A DNA stretch of 64,000 bases, from NCBI RefSeq assembly GCF_009914755.1, contig NC_060936.1. One strand, written 5' to 3'. Below, piece after piece: positions 27,531 through 39,474 of this stretch. A program made the translations under genes and the position numbers. A model generated the notes under the pieces. That model saw only the letters and a program-made list of their open reading frames with translations. It ran no database searches and was not told the origin of the DNA. The DNA comes from the human T2T-CHM13v2.0 reference genome, Homo sapiens. The stretch's first letter is position 1; each line of letters starts with the position of its first letter.

Positions 27531-30012
27531 GAAGTGACTTGAATTTACACCAAGTTGAGTTGACAGCTGTCTGACCACACATATGTCCTCAAGAACACCC
27601 ACCCTCCTTCTTCCTTTCTTCTCCATGGTTGCCTCCACCCTCTACATCCCTAGGCAAATATTTGCAAAGGGAAGGCAGAAGCTCCAGATAGCAGGACACA
27701 CCCAGAATGACTTTCTTAAAAGTAACAAAGCCTCATTTTTCCATTTTCCACTTTCTGTAGGCTTTAGTTCCCACTCTATTTCAGGGGGGTCTCCATGCTA
27801 TTTTGGTTGGAAACATAGCCCAGATTTCTGAGGGTCCCAGTCAGCCTGGACCCCTTCCTACTTCCTCCTGAGGGTCTTGATGTGACAGGCCGGAGAGCTC
27901 TGGGCTATGGGGCACTGGCTGAGCCTCAATCACCTAACTGAATTGTGCAGTTCACCTGTTTGATAAAAAACACTGATGACTGAGCCAAGGCTAAATGGAT
28001 CTATTATAATGATATAAGAAGCAAAGGTTAATTTCAGCCAAACTGATGAATGAATGGAAAATACTTTGCTGCACAAAAATAAGCAACGCCCATTTAAAAG
28101 GCTTTCTGTTCATAAATGACTTTCATATTTTCACTGTTTAATTCCATCCTTATAAATTCCCTAAGGAACATGAAGGGCAGCTCTTTTATAGATGAGGCAA
28201 CTGAGGCCCACAGAGAGCAAGTGGTGAAGCTGAACATAAAACACGCTCTTCCTCCCTCACACCCAATGCTGCTGCCTAGCATGGCTTCCCCACCTGAGCT
28301 TTCTGACTTTCCTGTCTGCCCGCTTCCAGCTTCTGTGGACCAGTTCCTAAAGGAACAGCATTAGGAGTCACATCACATCGGCATTTGCATTCAGAATGGG
28401 ACAGGGCAGGAGGATAGGAGACATGGCTTACATCTTAGTCCACAAAAAGAAAACACATCCTCAAGAGCTCCAATTAGGCCCAATCAGCCTGGAGTTCACA
28501 GGCTAACTGCCTGCAGTAATGAAGTGGGCACATGTGTCCTCTCAGTGAGGGCAAGAGAGTCACCCATGACTGTCACTCTGCTAGTTAACATTTCTCTCCA
28601 AAGCACCTCTGAGACAGCCCAGCCATTTCACAGGTTGCAGACAGGCTGTGTGGCTGCTGGGGTTGAATGCACATCTGAGGTTAGGACAGGGAGGGCTGGA
28701 CTAACCACCGTTACCCAGGCCTAGGACATGGGCAAATCATGAACAGCTGCCTTTGGCTCTATAACCAGGACTGAAAAGAAATCAGGCAGCAGGCATGAAA
28801 GAATTCAATAGTGGGCCTGTTGGTAAAAGACTTACCATCTGGGCATTGCTCATTCGGTTTTGGTTGGCTTTTCCTGGTGGATAACTGTATAAGGAGAGGG
28901 TGAGTCTCTGAGGGTGGTCCCATCTTCTTCCACTCTATAGCTCTCTGGCACCTTCTACAGGGTTCCGAATACCATCTCCATCCTAATGGGACATAGTCCA
29001 CATCATACATGCCCAAATCTGTGGTGATTCTAGAGACCTTCCAGAGCACATGCAGAGGCGGGGCCAGCTGTGCTAGGTTCTATTTGACAACATCCCCGTC
29101 TAGACGAAGGAGGAAGGATCAAAAAGTCCAGAATTGAATCCTGGCTCCCTGCTGGGAGAAATCTCACTTCCTTCTAGATTATGAACTAGTCAGTGAAGGC
29201 CAGCAGGAGGAGAGTGTGACCCTTACAAATATTGGTAGGCACATTCTACAGCCTGGCCAGAACGTCACTGGTTTAATTTCCATAAGAATGACCCTCAGAC
29301 ACTGTCTATAAGATGGACAGAAGGACACTCATGGAACAGTCCTCCCAGGACCTCCTGTCACCACTTACCTGCTGAATTCTACCATCTTTGAAGACAAAGC
29401 TCAGTTCCCACCTACTTGGCTAAGCCCTCTCCAAGGCCCAGTTTCTTTCCAGAGCACATTCATTCTGTCCCATCTCCTTGGCAAAAGTTATACATGCTAT
29501 CTGGGGAGGTCAGCTCTCTCTGCGCTTGTGTCTGGTCAAAAGAAATACTGTGTCCCTTTTTCTTTTTCCTAGTACAAAGCACTTCATACAGTAGGTGTTC
29601 AACAAGTACATATTAATCCATTTTGTTTTTTGTTTTATTGGCACTAAATCACTACAATGTAACCCCTAAAGTGTCAGAAAATTCAGATGTGGTGTGTGTT
29701 ACAATCTAACTGCTATTGAGTACAAATTAGAACTTTTCATTCTATTTCAAACTTCTGTAAATAGGGCTTGTACATTTTTTAAAAATACGTTTAGTTTGCG
29801 ATGTGTGACTACGTAATGGAAGCTGAGTAACTTTTCTTTTTTCATTGACACTCATTTTACCTGGCAGTTCCTTTTTGTGTCTCTGGTTCCACTTCAAGCT
29901 GCAGTTCAATGTACTAAAACTGCATTCCTTAAAACGAAGTACTATATCAGACTTTTAAACTGGCCTTTTCCATCCCTATATCTCTGGATGGCCTGTGCCT
30001 GGGGCAGCTCAC

Positions 30013-30084
30013 CTGATACGGCGTCGGCGGCTTCTGCCTCCCATTTTACAGGCGTGTGGAGAGAGCTCTGTTATGAAGCAGACC
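30013..30084 (-). other. Candidate 72-nt internal exon of the minus-strand gene
   Basis: Minus strand ttgcag|GGTCTGCTTC...ATGGGAGGCAGAAGCCGCCGACGCCGTATCAG|gtgagc; strong donor, weak pyrimidine tract, retained CpGs in unique sequence. Confidence 0.35.
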
Positions 30085-31484
30085 CTGCAACCCAAGGGGT
30101 CGGCCCTTTGTAGGAAGCCAGTCAGGCACAGGGGGATCAACAGCCTGGGGGAGGTGTCCACGGTGCAGGTGTCTATACCGGGACTAGGTGTCTGGTGTGA
30201 ACCCACACAAGTTGTTGAACCTGTCTGAGCCTCAGTTTCCTCAACTGTAAAAAGGACATGGTAAGACCTATATCAGAAAATGCCTGGCACATGGCAGGCA
30301 TTTGACAAATTATCTTATTATGAAGCATGCAGCCCACCCAGAAGTTTGTTGAATGCTTTGCTGTTTCCCCAGCTGACTTCATTCCCAGAGTTAAGCCACA
30401 TCAGAACCCTGTGCCCTAAAGAAAGTTCAACCCAAAAATCTGAGTTCTGAGACACACAGTAGGGGCTTGCAGTCCATGGGGAGGGTAATGACGAGCAATA
30501 GGAAATGTGCCAGAGGACACGTCGCAGAAGATGTGTCAGATGCCAGAAAGAATGCTCGCTGGGGAAATAGCAAATACACTCTGTAGTATCTGTGGCCAGG
30601 ACAACCACAGCCTAGGAACAAACTGTGTCCTGAGTAAAAGCAGAATCAAGCTGTGGTGAGATACCAAGAGGGGACAGGAAAGCAAAACAGATCATGACCA
30701 AGAACAGGAGCTGAGATGGTGACCAAACCCCTGCTAGCCAGAGAACGTGCACCAATTCTCTGCCTTGGGAGGAATCCACGGTCAAAGCTAAACTCACACT
30801 TTCATAGTATGTGTGTAATTAGTTGAAAAGCTTAATTTAACAGTTTGGTAAATTCCATTAGCAGTTTATCTGTGGTATGTAATGAAGCTATTTTTAAGTG
30901 AATCCTTTTTGGCTAAAGGCCCCAGTGAAGAATCCTAATGGAACATGGTTCACATAATACAAACCCAGATCCGTGCAGATGCTAGAAACCTTCTCGAGTA
31001 GACACTAATGTGCCCAGACAGGGAAGCTGTGCTTGACTCTGTACAATGACACCCCTGTCTAGATGAAGCAGGAAGAATCAGAGAGTCCAGAATCAAGTCC
31101 CAGCTCTGAAATTACACTGCCTCGGGTATGTTACTTACATCTGTGGTCCTCACTTTCCTCATCTGGAAAGGGTGGGTGATCATACTACCTTACAGGACCC
31201 TGGGGAGAAATATGCAAGGTTCTGTACAAAGTACTTAGCCCACAGGAGGGCAGTCTCACAGAAGTGCTTTTGATTGAAGCAGATAATTTTTTTTTTAAAC
31301 CCAAACAAACAGAAAGGAATAAGAGAGAAATGGCAGCAGAAAGATTACCCAAGTCGACAGGACATCTGATGGTGAGGCCATTGTGCAGAGAGCGAACTGA
31401 GACGGTATCACTGTATGACTTCCTGGAGCCACAGTTAAAACCAAACCTTCTCCAACCCCATCAGTTTGAGAAGAGGAAACAATT

Positions 31485-31575
31485 CACAATGTGAATATAC
31501 TTACTGCCACTGCGCAGTATACTTAAAATGGTTAAAATGATACATTTTATGTTATGTATATTTTATCACAATGAA
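31485..31575 (+). mobile_element. L1M 3' terminal fragment
   Basis: tgtgaatatactta...tacttaaaatggttaaaatga...ttttatgttatgtatattttatcacaat. Confidence 0.75.
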
Positions 31576-32100
31576 ACAGTGAAGATCCAAAAACAAACAA
31601 ACAAAAAACCCTAAACCTCAACTCTCTGCCCACTGAAGACAGTCCAATAAAAATAACATAAAGAAGAGTTGGATGGCCTTCCCTCTGTGGGATTCTGTAG
31701 GGAAGGCTGTGTCCATGCACCCAGATGCCACACCAAAGGCCCTGTGAGTCAAGATCTCCATCCTGTGGATGATCTGTATCCGGGGCGTCTGTTCAATCCA
31801 AACTCCCAGAAGACCCGAAAACCAAAAAGCTACCGCAGGCCATGGCACCACTGAAAGATCTAGAGGTTCTTCTGCTGAACAATGTGTTATCCCTGATGGT
31901 ATCTCCCCAGTGGCAATTTCTGACCGTGATTCAGATGACACTACCCACAGAAATGAACTTCCAAGAACTCCTCCTCCCTCACTCCCACCGTGTCCTCCTC
32001 TGGGGATGGTGGCGCTGCTGCTGTCTTGCTCACAAAACCTGCCTTGGGAAGAAAGCCCCTAAAATTTCAGCCCTGCTCAGGTTAAGAAATAGTAGCTTTA

Positions 32101-32471
32101 GGCCAGGTGCAGTGGCTCACACCTGTAATCTCAGCACTTTGGGAGGCCAAGGCAGGCAGATCATTTGAGGTCTGGAGTTTGAGACCATCCTGGCCAAGAT
32201 GGAGAAACCCCGTCTCTACTAAAAATACAAAAATTAGCCAGGCATGGTGGTGCATGCCTGTAATCCCAGCTACTTGGGAGGCTGAGGCAGGAGAATCGCT
32301 TGAACCCAGGAGGTGTAGGTAGGTTGCAGTGAGCCAAGATCATGCCATTGCGCTCCAGCCTGGGCAACAAGAACAAAACTTCGTCTCAAAAAATAAAATA
32401 AAATAAAATAAAATAAAATAAAATAAAATAAATAAAATAAAGAAAGAAAGAAAAGAGAAGAGAAAAGAAAA
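32101..32471 (+). mobile_element. AluS (Sq/Sp-like) with (AAAAT)n and GA-rich tail
   Basis: Full Alu; TSD AAGAAATAGTA(G/T)CTTT at 32084 and 32472. Confidence 0.93.
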
Positions 32472-32799
32472 AAGAAATAGTATCTTTGACAAACCATCTC
32501 CTTCCCTACAGAAAAACAAAACCTGGCTGAAGGCAGGAGGTGTCTCTCTGGCCAGTGTCTCTCATCTCCCTCCCGCTGACCTCCCTGACCCCATTCATGT
32601 CTTCAGAAGGGCATGGCCCTGTCGAGGGGGTGAAGGGCTGTTCCTGTGCCTCAGGGCCCTGTGCTGTAAATGCTTCCCAGCCTGGGCTGTACTTCTAGGT
32701 GCAGCTCAAATCCTACCTCCTCTCTAAAGCCATGAGAAATATACTTTACTTACTTGCCTATAAACACTAACATCATTGGTTATTTTTCATATCATCTCC

Positions 32800-33233
32800 T
32801 GCTATGAGCTAAATTATGTCCCCCCGACAATTCATATGTTGAAGCCCTAACTCTCAATGTGATGGTATTTGGAGGTGAGGACTTTAGGAGGTGATTAGGT
32901 TTAGATGAGGTCATGAGGGTGGGGCCCTCATGATGGGATTAGTGCCCATCATGAAGAGACACCAGAGAGCTCTCTCTCTCTCTCTCTCTCCCCATCTCTC
33001 TCTCCTCCCTCTTCCCCACCCTTCCTCCACCCTCCCTCTCCCTTCTTCCTCTCCCATTCTCTCCCTCTCTGTGCCATGTGAGGACACAAAAAGAAAGTGG
33101 CTTTCTGCAAGCCAAGGAGAGAACCTTCACCCACCAAACTGGCACCATGATGTTAGACTTCCAGCCTCCAGAACTGTGAGAAAATAAATTTCGGTTGTCT
33201 GTGATATTTTGTTCTGTCTGCCAGAACAAAGAC
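32800..33233 (+). mobile_element. MLT1A-like MaLR solo LTR with internal CT-rich expansion
   Basis: tgctatg...attcatatgttgaagccctaac...gatgaggtcatgagggtggggccctcatgatgggattagtg...cttccagcctccagaactgtgagaaaataaattt. Confidence 0.88.
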
Positions 33234-33734
33234 ATCCCCTCAAAGGGAGTATGCATGCCTACTACAGGGACCACCCCTCTCTTCTTAGACCAGACCCCCT
33301 GCAGGACCCTTTGCTGGCACAGCAGGGACTTAGCATGCATGGAAGCTAATTAGGTGAGAGACTCTGCTTCTGCCTCCTGGAGAATTTCAATCCAAGACAA
33401 GCACAACAAGTTGTGAAGGACCAACAAGGGGAGGAGTACATCTCAACAAGTTGGTTGAGAAGGACCAACAAGGGGAGGAGTACACCCTTAGCATGGAACT
33501 CAACCACAAGCTCTCAAAACAGGTAATGTCACCATGACCCATGGGATCACATGTGCGTGGACCACGTGCTTCCTCACATCCCTTAACTCACCTGACATGG
33601 ATCAACAGGTAACTCCTGTATTCTCACTTGAATGAAGAGAAGAGAAACTCAGGTTTAGAGGCTAATCCCAAAGACATATGACTGGTTAGAGTAGAACCCA
33701 GACTCTGCACTAAGCATTCAGAGGCGGCAGGCTG

Positions 33735-33970
33735 TGGAACGCTTGAGGACTTGGCCCTAGAGCCAGACTGCCTGGGTTCAAATCCCAGCTCGGCCTCTTA
33801 TCAGCTGTGTGACCCTGGAAAAGTTACTCAGCCTCTTGAAACAGATGAGGAAGATGGCTTCCTCATCTGTAAAATGGGGAGGATGATCATAACAGTGCCT
33901 ATTTCATAAAACGGTTACAAAGATGAGTTCATTTATGCCAAACTCTCAGCCATGCCCAGTGTGTTTCTGT
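33735..33970 (+). mobile_element. MIR containing a perfect hairpin
   Basis: gagccagactgcctgggttcaaatcccagctc...ctgtgtgaccctgg...cttcctcatctgtaaaatgggg. Confidence 0.85.
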
Positions 33971-34465
33971 GCATCAACCTTGAGGTGCAGTGGAAAGAGA
34001 GTCCCTGGAGTTCCGTCTTTGGTCAAGGTGGGGCTGCAGGAAGCTGGCCTCCCTCCCGCATCAGCACCAATCCAACCCTCTATCCCAGTGGGTGAAGGTA
34101 TGTGGTTATGTGCAGCGGACAATGTGGCAAAGCTGCATCCATTTACCAAGAGAACTCTGATGGACTACAAATCCTGGACCTCAATGCTGAGCAATCTCTA
34201 AAGTAAACAAAGTGAAAATAAACCAATCACCCAGGTAATAGAAGATTTTCCTCTTGTCTGCACTGGTAATTGGGTCATGGTAGCCAACCTCCCACGTCCC
34301 CTGGTGCTGCTGTGAGTTTAAAAGAGAGTAAAGGAAGCTGTCTGGCCAGAAACACGAGTGCAGGTTCCGGGAGGAGGGCAGCCACACCCGCTGGTTCCAG
34401 CTTGTCCTGGTGCACCTGTAGCACGTGTGCTACGTCTCACCCTTCTCACCTTTCCTCTAACTAAG

Positions 34466-34693
34466 CCCAGAAGGGCACAGAGCTCCACAGGCTCAGGGGT
34501 GCACCCAGAAGGGCACAGAGTTCCACAGGCTCAGGGGTACACCCAGAAGGGCACAGAGCTCCACAGGCTCAGGGGTGCACCCAGAAGGGCACAGAGTTCC
34601 ACAGGCTCAGGGGTACACCCAGAAGGGCACAGAGTTCCACAGGCTCAGGGGTGCACCCAGAAGGGCACAGAGTTCCACAGGCTCAGGGGTACA
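34466..34693 (+). repeat. 38-bp minisatellite, 6 copies
   Basis: Unit CCCAGAAGGGCACAGAG(C/T)TCCACAGGCTCAGGGGT(G/A)CA starting at 34466, 34504, 34542, 34580, 34618, 34656. Confidence 0.97.
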
Positions 34694-35458
34694 CTACGAG
34701 CACAGGACTGGGTGTTAAGCCTATCCAACCTCACTGCTGGGACTTGCTTGGGTAAAACACGGTTTCCACTTTCCCACAAGTTCTCAGGCCCAGCCTCACA
34801 TTTTTCCACCCCCAGGCAGGGCAGCTCTATTGTGTGAATAAGGGATCTTCAGCACAGATGGGGTGGGGACAGAGGCCCTTGGAATCTGAACCACAGGGGA
34901 AGCTTGCCTGCTCCTACCTCCATGCATCTTCTAGAAACACCTGGAGCATCACCCAGAGTCAGACTCCACCCACCATAGAGCCTGCTGCCCCATAAATGCC
35001 TCCCTTGGCCAGCCCCATCCAGGATGTGTCAACAAACAGACAAGGGAAGAAAGTGTCCCGCTGGCATTCCGAGAAAGCCAGGGCTGGGAGCCAAAACACA
35101 CCGACAAGGGGGATGCTCTGTCTCCTGAAGAATCTGTCACAAAAGAAAATTCTATAGCCCTCAAGCTGGAAGAGGCCCTGGAGATAACTTTGTCATCACA
35201 GGGTGGCACCCTCTAGTTGCCCCAGGCAGATGAGGTCCTAGAGGAACCCGTCCCTAATATTGAACTTCAAGAGGTCCTTCCTGTATCTAACTCAGCCTTC
35301 AGAGAAAGGGCAGAGCAGTTACAAGGCAAGGATGACTGAGAACTCCAACACCTGAGGCCAAGACTCAGCACTGTGTACAAGGTGTGGAGCCTGTAGAGGA
35401 CAAACCTGACTGAGGGTTGTCCTCCCCCTCACCTCAGCCTGACTGCAAATTTGTTTAT

Positions 35459-35476
35459 GTCATCCGGATGACGTCA
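35459..35476. promoter_or_regulatory. Full CRE (TGACGTCA) overlapping a 14-bp palindrome
   Basis: GTCATCCGGATGAC at 35459-35472; TGACGTCA at 35469-35476; forkhead-like TGTTTAT just upstream. Confidence 0.35.
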
Positions 35477-35599
35477 TGCTAACTTGACCAGTTGGAGCAG
35501 CTGTGAGGGAAAACAGACCCCAAAGGTCCCTCTCCTGAGTCCTGTGAGGGGAAGGGGGTGTCTTTGTGTGGATGCTGTTGGTGAGTAGAGAGCCAATGG

Positions 35600-35830
35600 A
35601 GCATAACGCTTACAGTGCAGGCTCTGAAATAGCCAAGCTGCCTGAGTTCAAATCCTGCCTCTACCGTGTATCGGCTGTGTGACCATAGACATGATACTGT
35701 ACCTCTCTCTTCCTCAGTTAACTTTTCTATAAAATGGGCATGATGGCAGTGCCTAGCCAATTGGGTTGTAGTGAGGCTTCCATAAGGGAATACATGGACA
35801 GCCCTTGGGCCATGCCTGGCACTTTCTTTG
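35600..35830 (+). mobile_element. MIR
   Basis: ctgcctgagttcaaatcctgcctctacc...ctgtgtgacc...cctcagtt...ctataaaatggg. Confidence 0.8.
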
Positions 35831-36384
35831 CATTGCTCTTGTGAAGGTGACCAGTTTGCCTGGAACATCCTGGCTATGCTTGTGGTCCCAGCATTGCTAT
35901 GAATATTCCCCCTTTCACTCCCGGCAGTGCCCGAGGTTGGATGATGTATTATAAGAGTGACTCCCTTTGGCTTCTTCATGTCCACCTGGTTATCTCCCTG
36001 CTTCATGCTGCCTCTGAGTACTGGGGAGCCAGGTTCCCAAAATATAGGTCCCCAAAGTAGGTTCTGCCCATGCCACTGAGCTGTCTGCTCCACAAACTCA
36101 GCTCTTCCTCTTTTCCTTCTTCTCTGCACTTTGTCTCTTCTCCTTCCTTGATCCTTACAGCCATCCTCTCCTTTCCTGCTTCCCTGTCCGTGCCTTAGGA
36201 TTCTGCTGGTGCACACAGGTACCGTCTGGCTTTATTGGGACTTCCCCCTGACCCTGTACTTGGACGGAACCCTTTATGGCTCTAACTAAACTGTGCCTTA
36301 TCAAATTTCTCTCAGAGGAAAGGAAGCGATTTGAAAAGGCAAAGAAATGACCAATAGATGGATGAGTGGAACAATGTGCTGGTT

Positions 36385-36410
36385 TTTGTTGTTGTTGTTG
36401 TTGCTGTTTC

Positions 36411-36447
<37 letters not shown>
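36385..36447 (+). repeat. (GTT)n followed by (TG)n microsatellites
   Basis: Directly visible. Confidence 0.95.
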
Positions 36448-36448
<1 letters not shown>

Positions 36449-36530
36449 GTGTTGGTAGGAACAAAAAGTGTACCAGTTTGAAATGGTCCATTGAATGCTA
36501 GACCTGTCTATAAAACTGTCCCCAGGGCTA

Positions 36531-36839
36531 TTTTTTTTATTTTTTATTTTTATTTTTTGAGACGGAGTATCGCTCTTGTCACTCAGGCTGGAGTGCAATG
36601 GCGCAATCTCAGCTCACTGCAAACACCGCCTCCCGGGTTCAACCAATTCTCCTGCTTGGCCTCCTGAATAGCTGGGATTACAGGTGCCTGCCACCAAGCC
36701 CAGCTAATTTCTGTATTTTTAGTAGAAATGAGGTTTTGCCACGTTGGCCAGGCTGGTCTCGAACTTCTGACCTCAGGTGATCCACCCGCCTCAGCTTCCA
36801 AAGTGCTGGGATTACAGGTGTGAGCCACCAAGCCTGGCC
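36531..36839 (-). mobile_element. AluS (Sx/Sq-like)
   Basis: Full antisense Alu; TSD CCCAGGGCTATTTT on both sides. Confidence 0.93.
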
Positions 36840-37674
36840 CCCAGGGCTATTTTACAGGAAACCCTGGAGGCTCCTCTGCAAGACAGCGGCCTCCATGTGT
36901 GTCAGTGCAGAAAGCAAAACCTCTGGAGCCCAAGGGCCTGGACCCATTTCTGCCACTCACTAACAGCTGACAAAGGACCATGATTTCGCAAAGACTCAGT
37001 TTCTCCATCCGTAAAATAGGGCAGACTTGTCTCTAGAACACCGTGATTCTATGACATTGTAAGAGGCCGTGGACCTGCTCTTAAGATCCTGAATTCTGCA
37101 ATATTCTGCAATATTTGGCAATTACATCTTTTAGCTCTTCTCTAGGGGAAACATACGAGGGAAACAGGGCCTTGGAAAATATAAAATCTGAACTAATTCT
37201 CACCTAAGGTATCACGGCAAGTGCCTGAGTCCTCTGTGCATTGCAACAAAATAGACACTATTTTGTGTGGAAGAAAAGCAAGAGAGAGATGTGAACTCAG
37301 TGGGTGATTAGCCTGTCCCTGAGGAATCCCTCACTAGCTCTCCCCTAGCTTCTCTCAGCTGCATTGCCAGTACCCAGGCAGCCTGCAGATTCAACCCTCC
37401 CTCCCCACAACAGGTTCAGCAAACCATTGCAACAAGGAGCCCCAAGGCAGAATGGATGGCTACTGCGGCCACTGCCCCAGTGCTGGGGCCTGCCTTCTGC
37501 AGGCTCACCACAGGCTGACGCATCTCCAATCACCCCCCACACCTGGGGTTCCATCTCTGTCAGTGGCATCACCAGCCACTCTAACTCTGGAATCCAAATC
37601 GCCATCATCTTGGTCTCTTCTGCTCTGGTCCCTGACATTTATTCAGTTACCAGATTGCATCTACTCCATTGTTC

Positions 37675-37860
37675 TCTGGGTTAAAATCCCCATCCCACCA
37701 CTTATTTTCTGTATGACCTTGGATAAACCACCTAACCTCTCTCTCAGTTTCCTCCTCTACAATATGGAACAATCATAGCAATCTCCTCATGAGGTTGTCA
37801 GGAGGATTAAATGAGATTAAACATGAAAATCTCCTACCACAGGCCCTGGCACATGGCAGA
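37675..37860 (+). mobile_element. MIR inserted in an L2 (L2 pieces ~37540-37660 and ~37860-38350)
   Basis: gtatgaccttggataaaccacctaacctctctctcagtttcctc...ggaggattaaatgagat. Confidence 0.75.
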
Positions 37861-38351
37861 TGACTTTTCCCCTACCCCCAAGCCTTTTAGCCCCTTCCTG
37901 TCCATTCCCACCAGCCCTGTTCAACCCCTCATGGTGACTGCAATGGGCTTCTTCCCAGGTTCTCTTCCCACAGCTTCCTCCACTGCAGTACATCCCATAC
38001 CCAGCTGCAGATGACATGTTCTTCTGAACCCAGCTCCAGGAACAACACTTCCCTTCTTAGAAACCATCAAAATATCCCTAGGCTTAATAATGAAGTTTCT
38101 AGACTCGTAACACTCCAAGCCTCTGCCATCTCTCCCAGGCAGCACTCCTCACCGGATTGTCCACTACATTACTCCTTGCTCCTCAGGTACAACCCACCTT
38201 CACGGCTTTGCTCAGCCGTCCTTCCCCAAGATGCCCAGACCCAGCCTCCTATTCAAGGCCCGGCCTCAGTGCCACATCCAGGACGCCCTCTGCGAGTCAC
38301 TCCTTCCAGAAGTAACCTCCCTCCTCCAAACTCCCTCTACACACTTTATAG

Positions 38352-38460
38352 TATAGAACCGAGAGGTGACAGGACCTCGGAAGCCGTACCTGAAGCCTCT
38401 CACTTATAGAACCGAGAGGTGACAGGACCTCGGAAGCCATACCTGAAGCCTCTCACTTAT
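38352..38460 (+). repeat. 53-bp tandem duplication (2 copies, 1 mismatch)
   Basis: TATAGAACCGAGAGGTGACAGGACCTCGGAAGCC(G/A)TACCTGAAGCCTCTCACT at 38352 and 38405. Confidence 0.97.
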
Positions 38461-38914
38461 CACTTAAAAACTGCGCATGAAGTAGCTCTTATGGGCAAAT
38501 ACTAAACCATGAGGTTGTACATATTCATTTCACCTGAAAAGGGGCATGAACTCTGGACCCTTCAACAAAAATGCTGATTCCACGTGGAGCAAACTGCTCT
38601 GATTTCATATCCCTATGCCCACATCCTTGATAAAAAGACTCTTCGGTACATGCTGCTTTCTTCCAGAGACAAGGAACCCATCACCTCATGAGTTAGGTTC
38701 TTCCTCCTGACCCTCTGACCACCCTGGGGACTCCCACGGATTGGCTCTTTCTGTCCTCTTGAGTCACACAGAACGAATTCCTTTGAGACTCCTGGTGTCC
38801 TCCACAGAGCCAAACAGGGCAGGTTCCTAAGCACACTGTGTAAACAGATAAATGAACTCAGAGGGCTTTCCCACGTGGCAGGGTACATTCGCTGCATCCC
38901 GTGCATGCATGGGT

Positions 38915-38981
38915 GCACAGACACACACTCGCACACACACGGACACACACACACACACACGGACACACACACACACGGACA
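38915..38981 (+). repeat. Interrupted (CA)n repeat
   Basis: CA runs punctuated by CGGA. Confidence 0.9.
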
Positions 38982-39474
38982 GAGTCAGCACAAGGCCTCT
39001 GAGCCACACAGCCAGGCCAGCACACGCGGGGGCCAGGGCGGAAGCCAAGCCCCAGCAGCCGCCCACTTCCTGACCTCCTTCCTTTGCTCTGGGAGGTTCT
39101 CTCTCTGTGTCTTTCTGACTGTCTGTCTCGGTTCTTTGTTTCTCGGCATGGCAACAGTTGTGGATGCTGCCTGCGTGGCCAGGGCTCCTAGTAGCACTGA
39201 CCTGCAAGGTAGGAGTTTTGGTTCTTAGACTTGAGACCTTGGGCAAGTCACTTTACCATTCTGAGCCTCAGTTTCCTCATCTGTGAAATGAAGAGGCTGG
39301 ATGAGGCTGGAGGGTTCCTAAGGTCCTTTCCTGACCAAAACCCTAGTGCTTCTCGGCTCTCCTCCAGTCCCGTTACCGAGTGACAGGGAGGGGAGCAAGG
39401 GCCAGGCCAGGCCTGGGGGTGGCAGGGGAGCCAGCTGTTCCCCCCCAAGGGCACACAGCCTCCATCCAGGCCCT

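Noticed and set aside
34466-34693. Possible CRISPR-like array and the 159-aa ORF 34358-34837
   Set aside because: Units are head-to-tail with no unique spacers and the DNA is primate; the ORF is open only because the repeat lacks stops
35203-35221. CTCF-like motif (minus strand CAACTAGAGGGTGCCA)
   Set aside because: Mismatches at key core positions; insufficient without ChIP data
35479-36216. Longest ORF (245 aa, minus strand)
   Set aside because: Non-ATG start, runs through a MIR and pyrimidine-rich sequence, no recognisable domain or splice context
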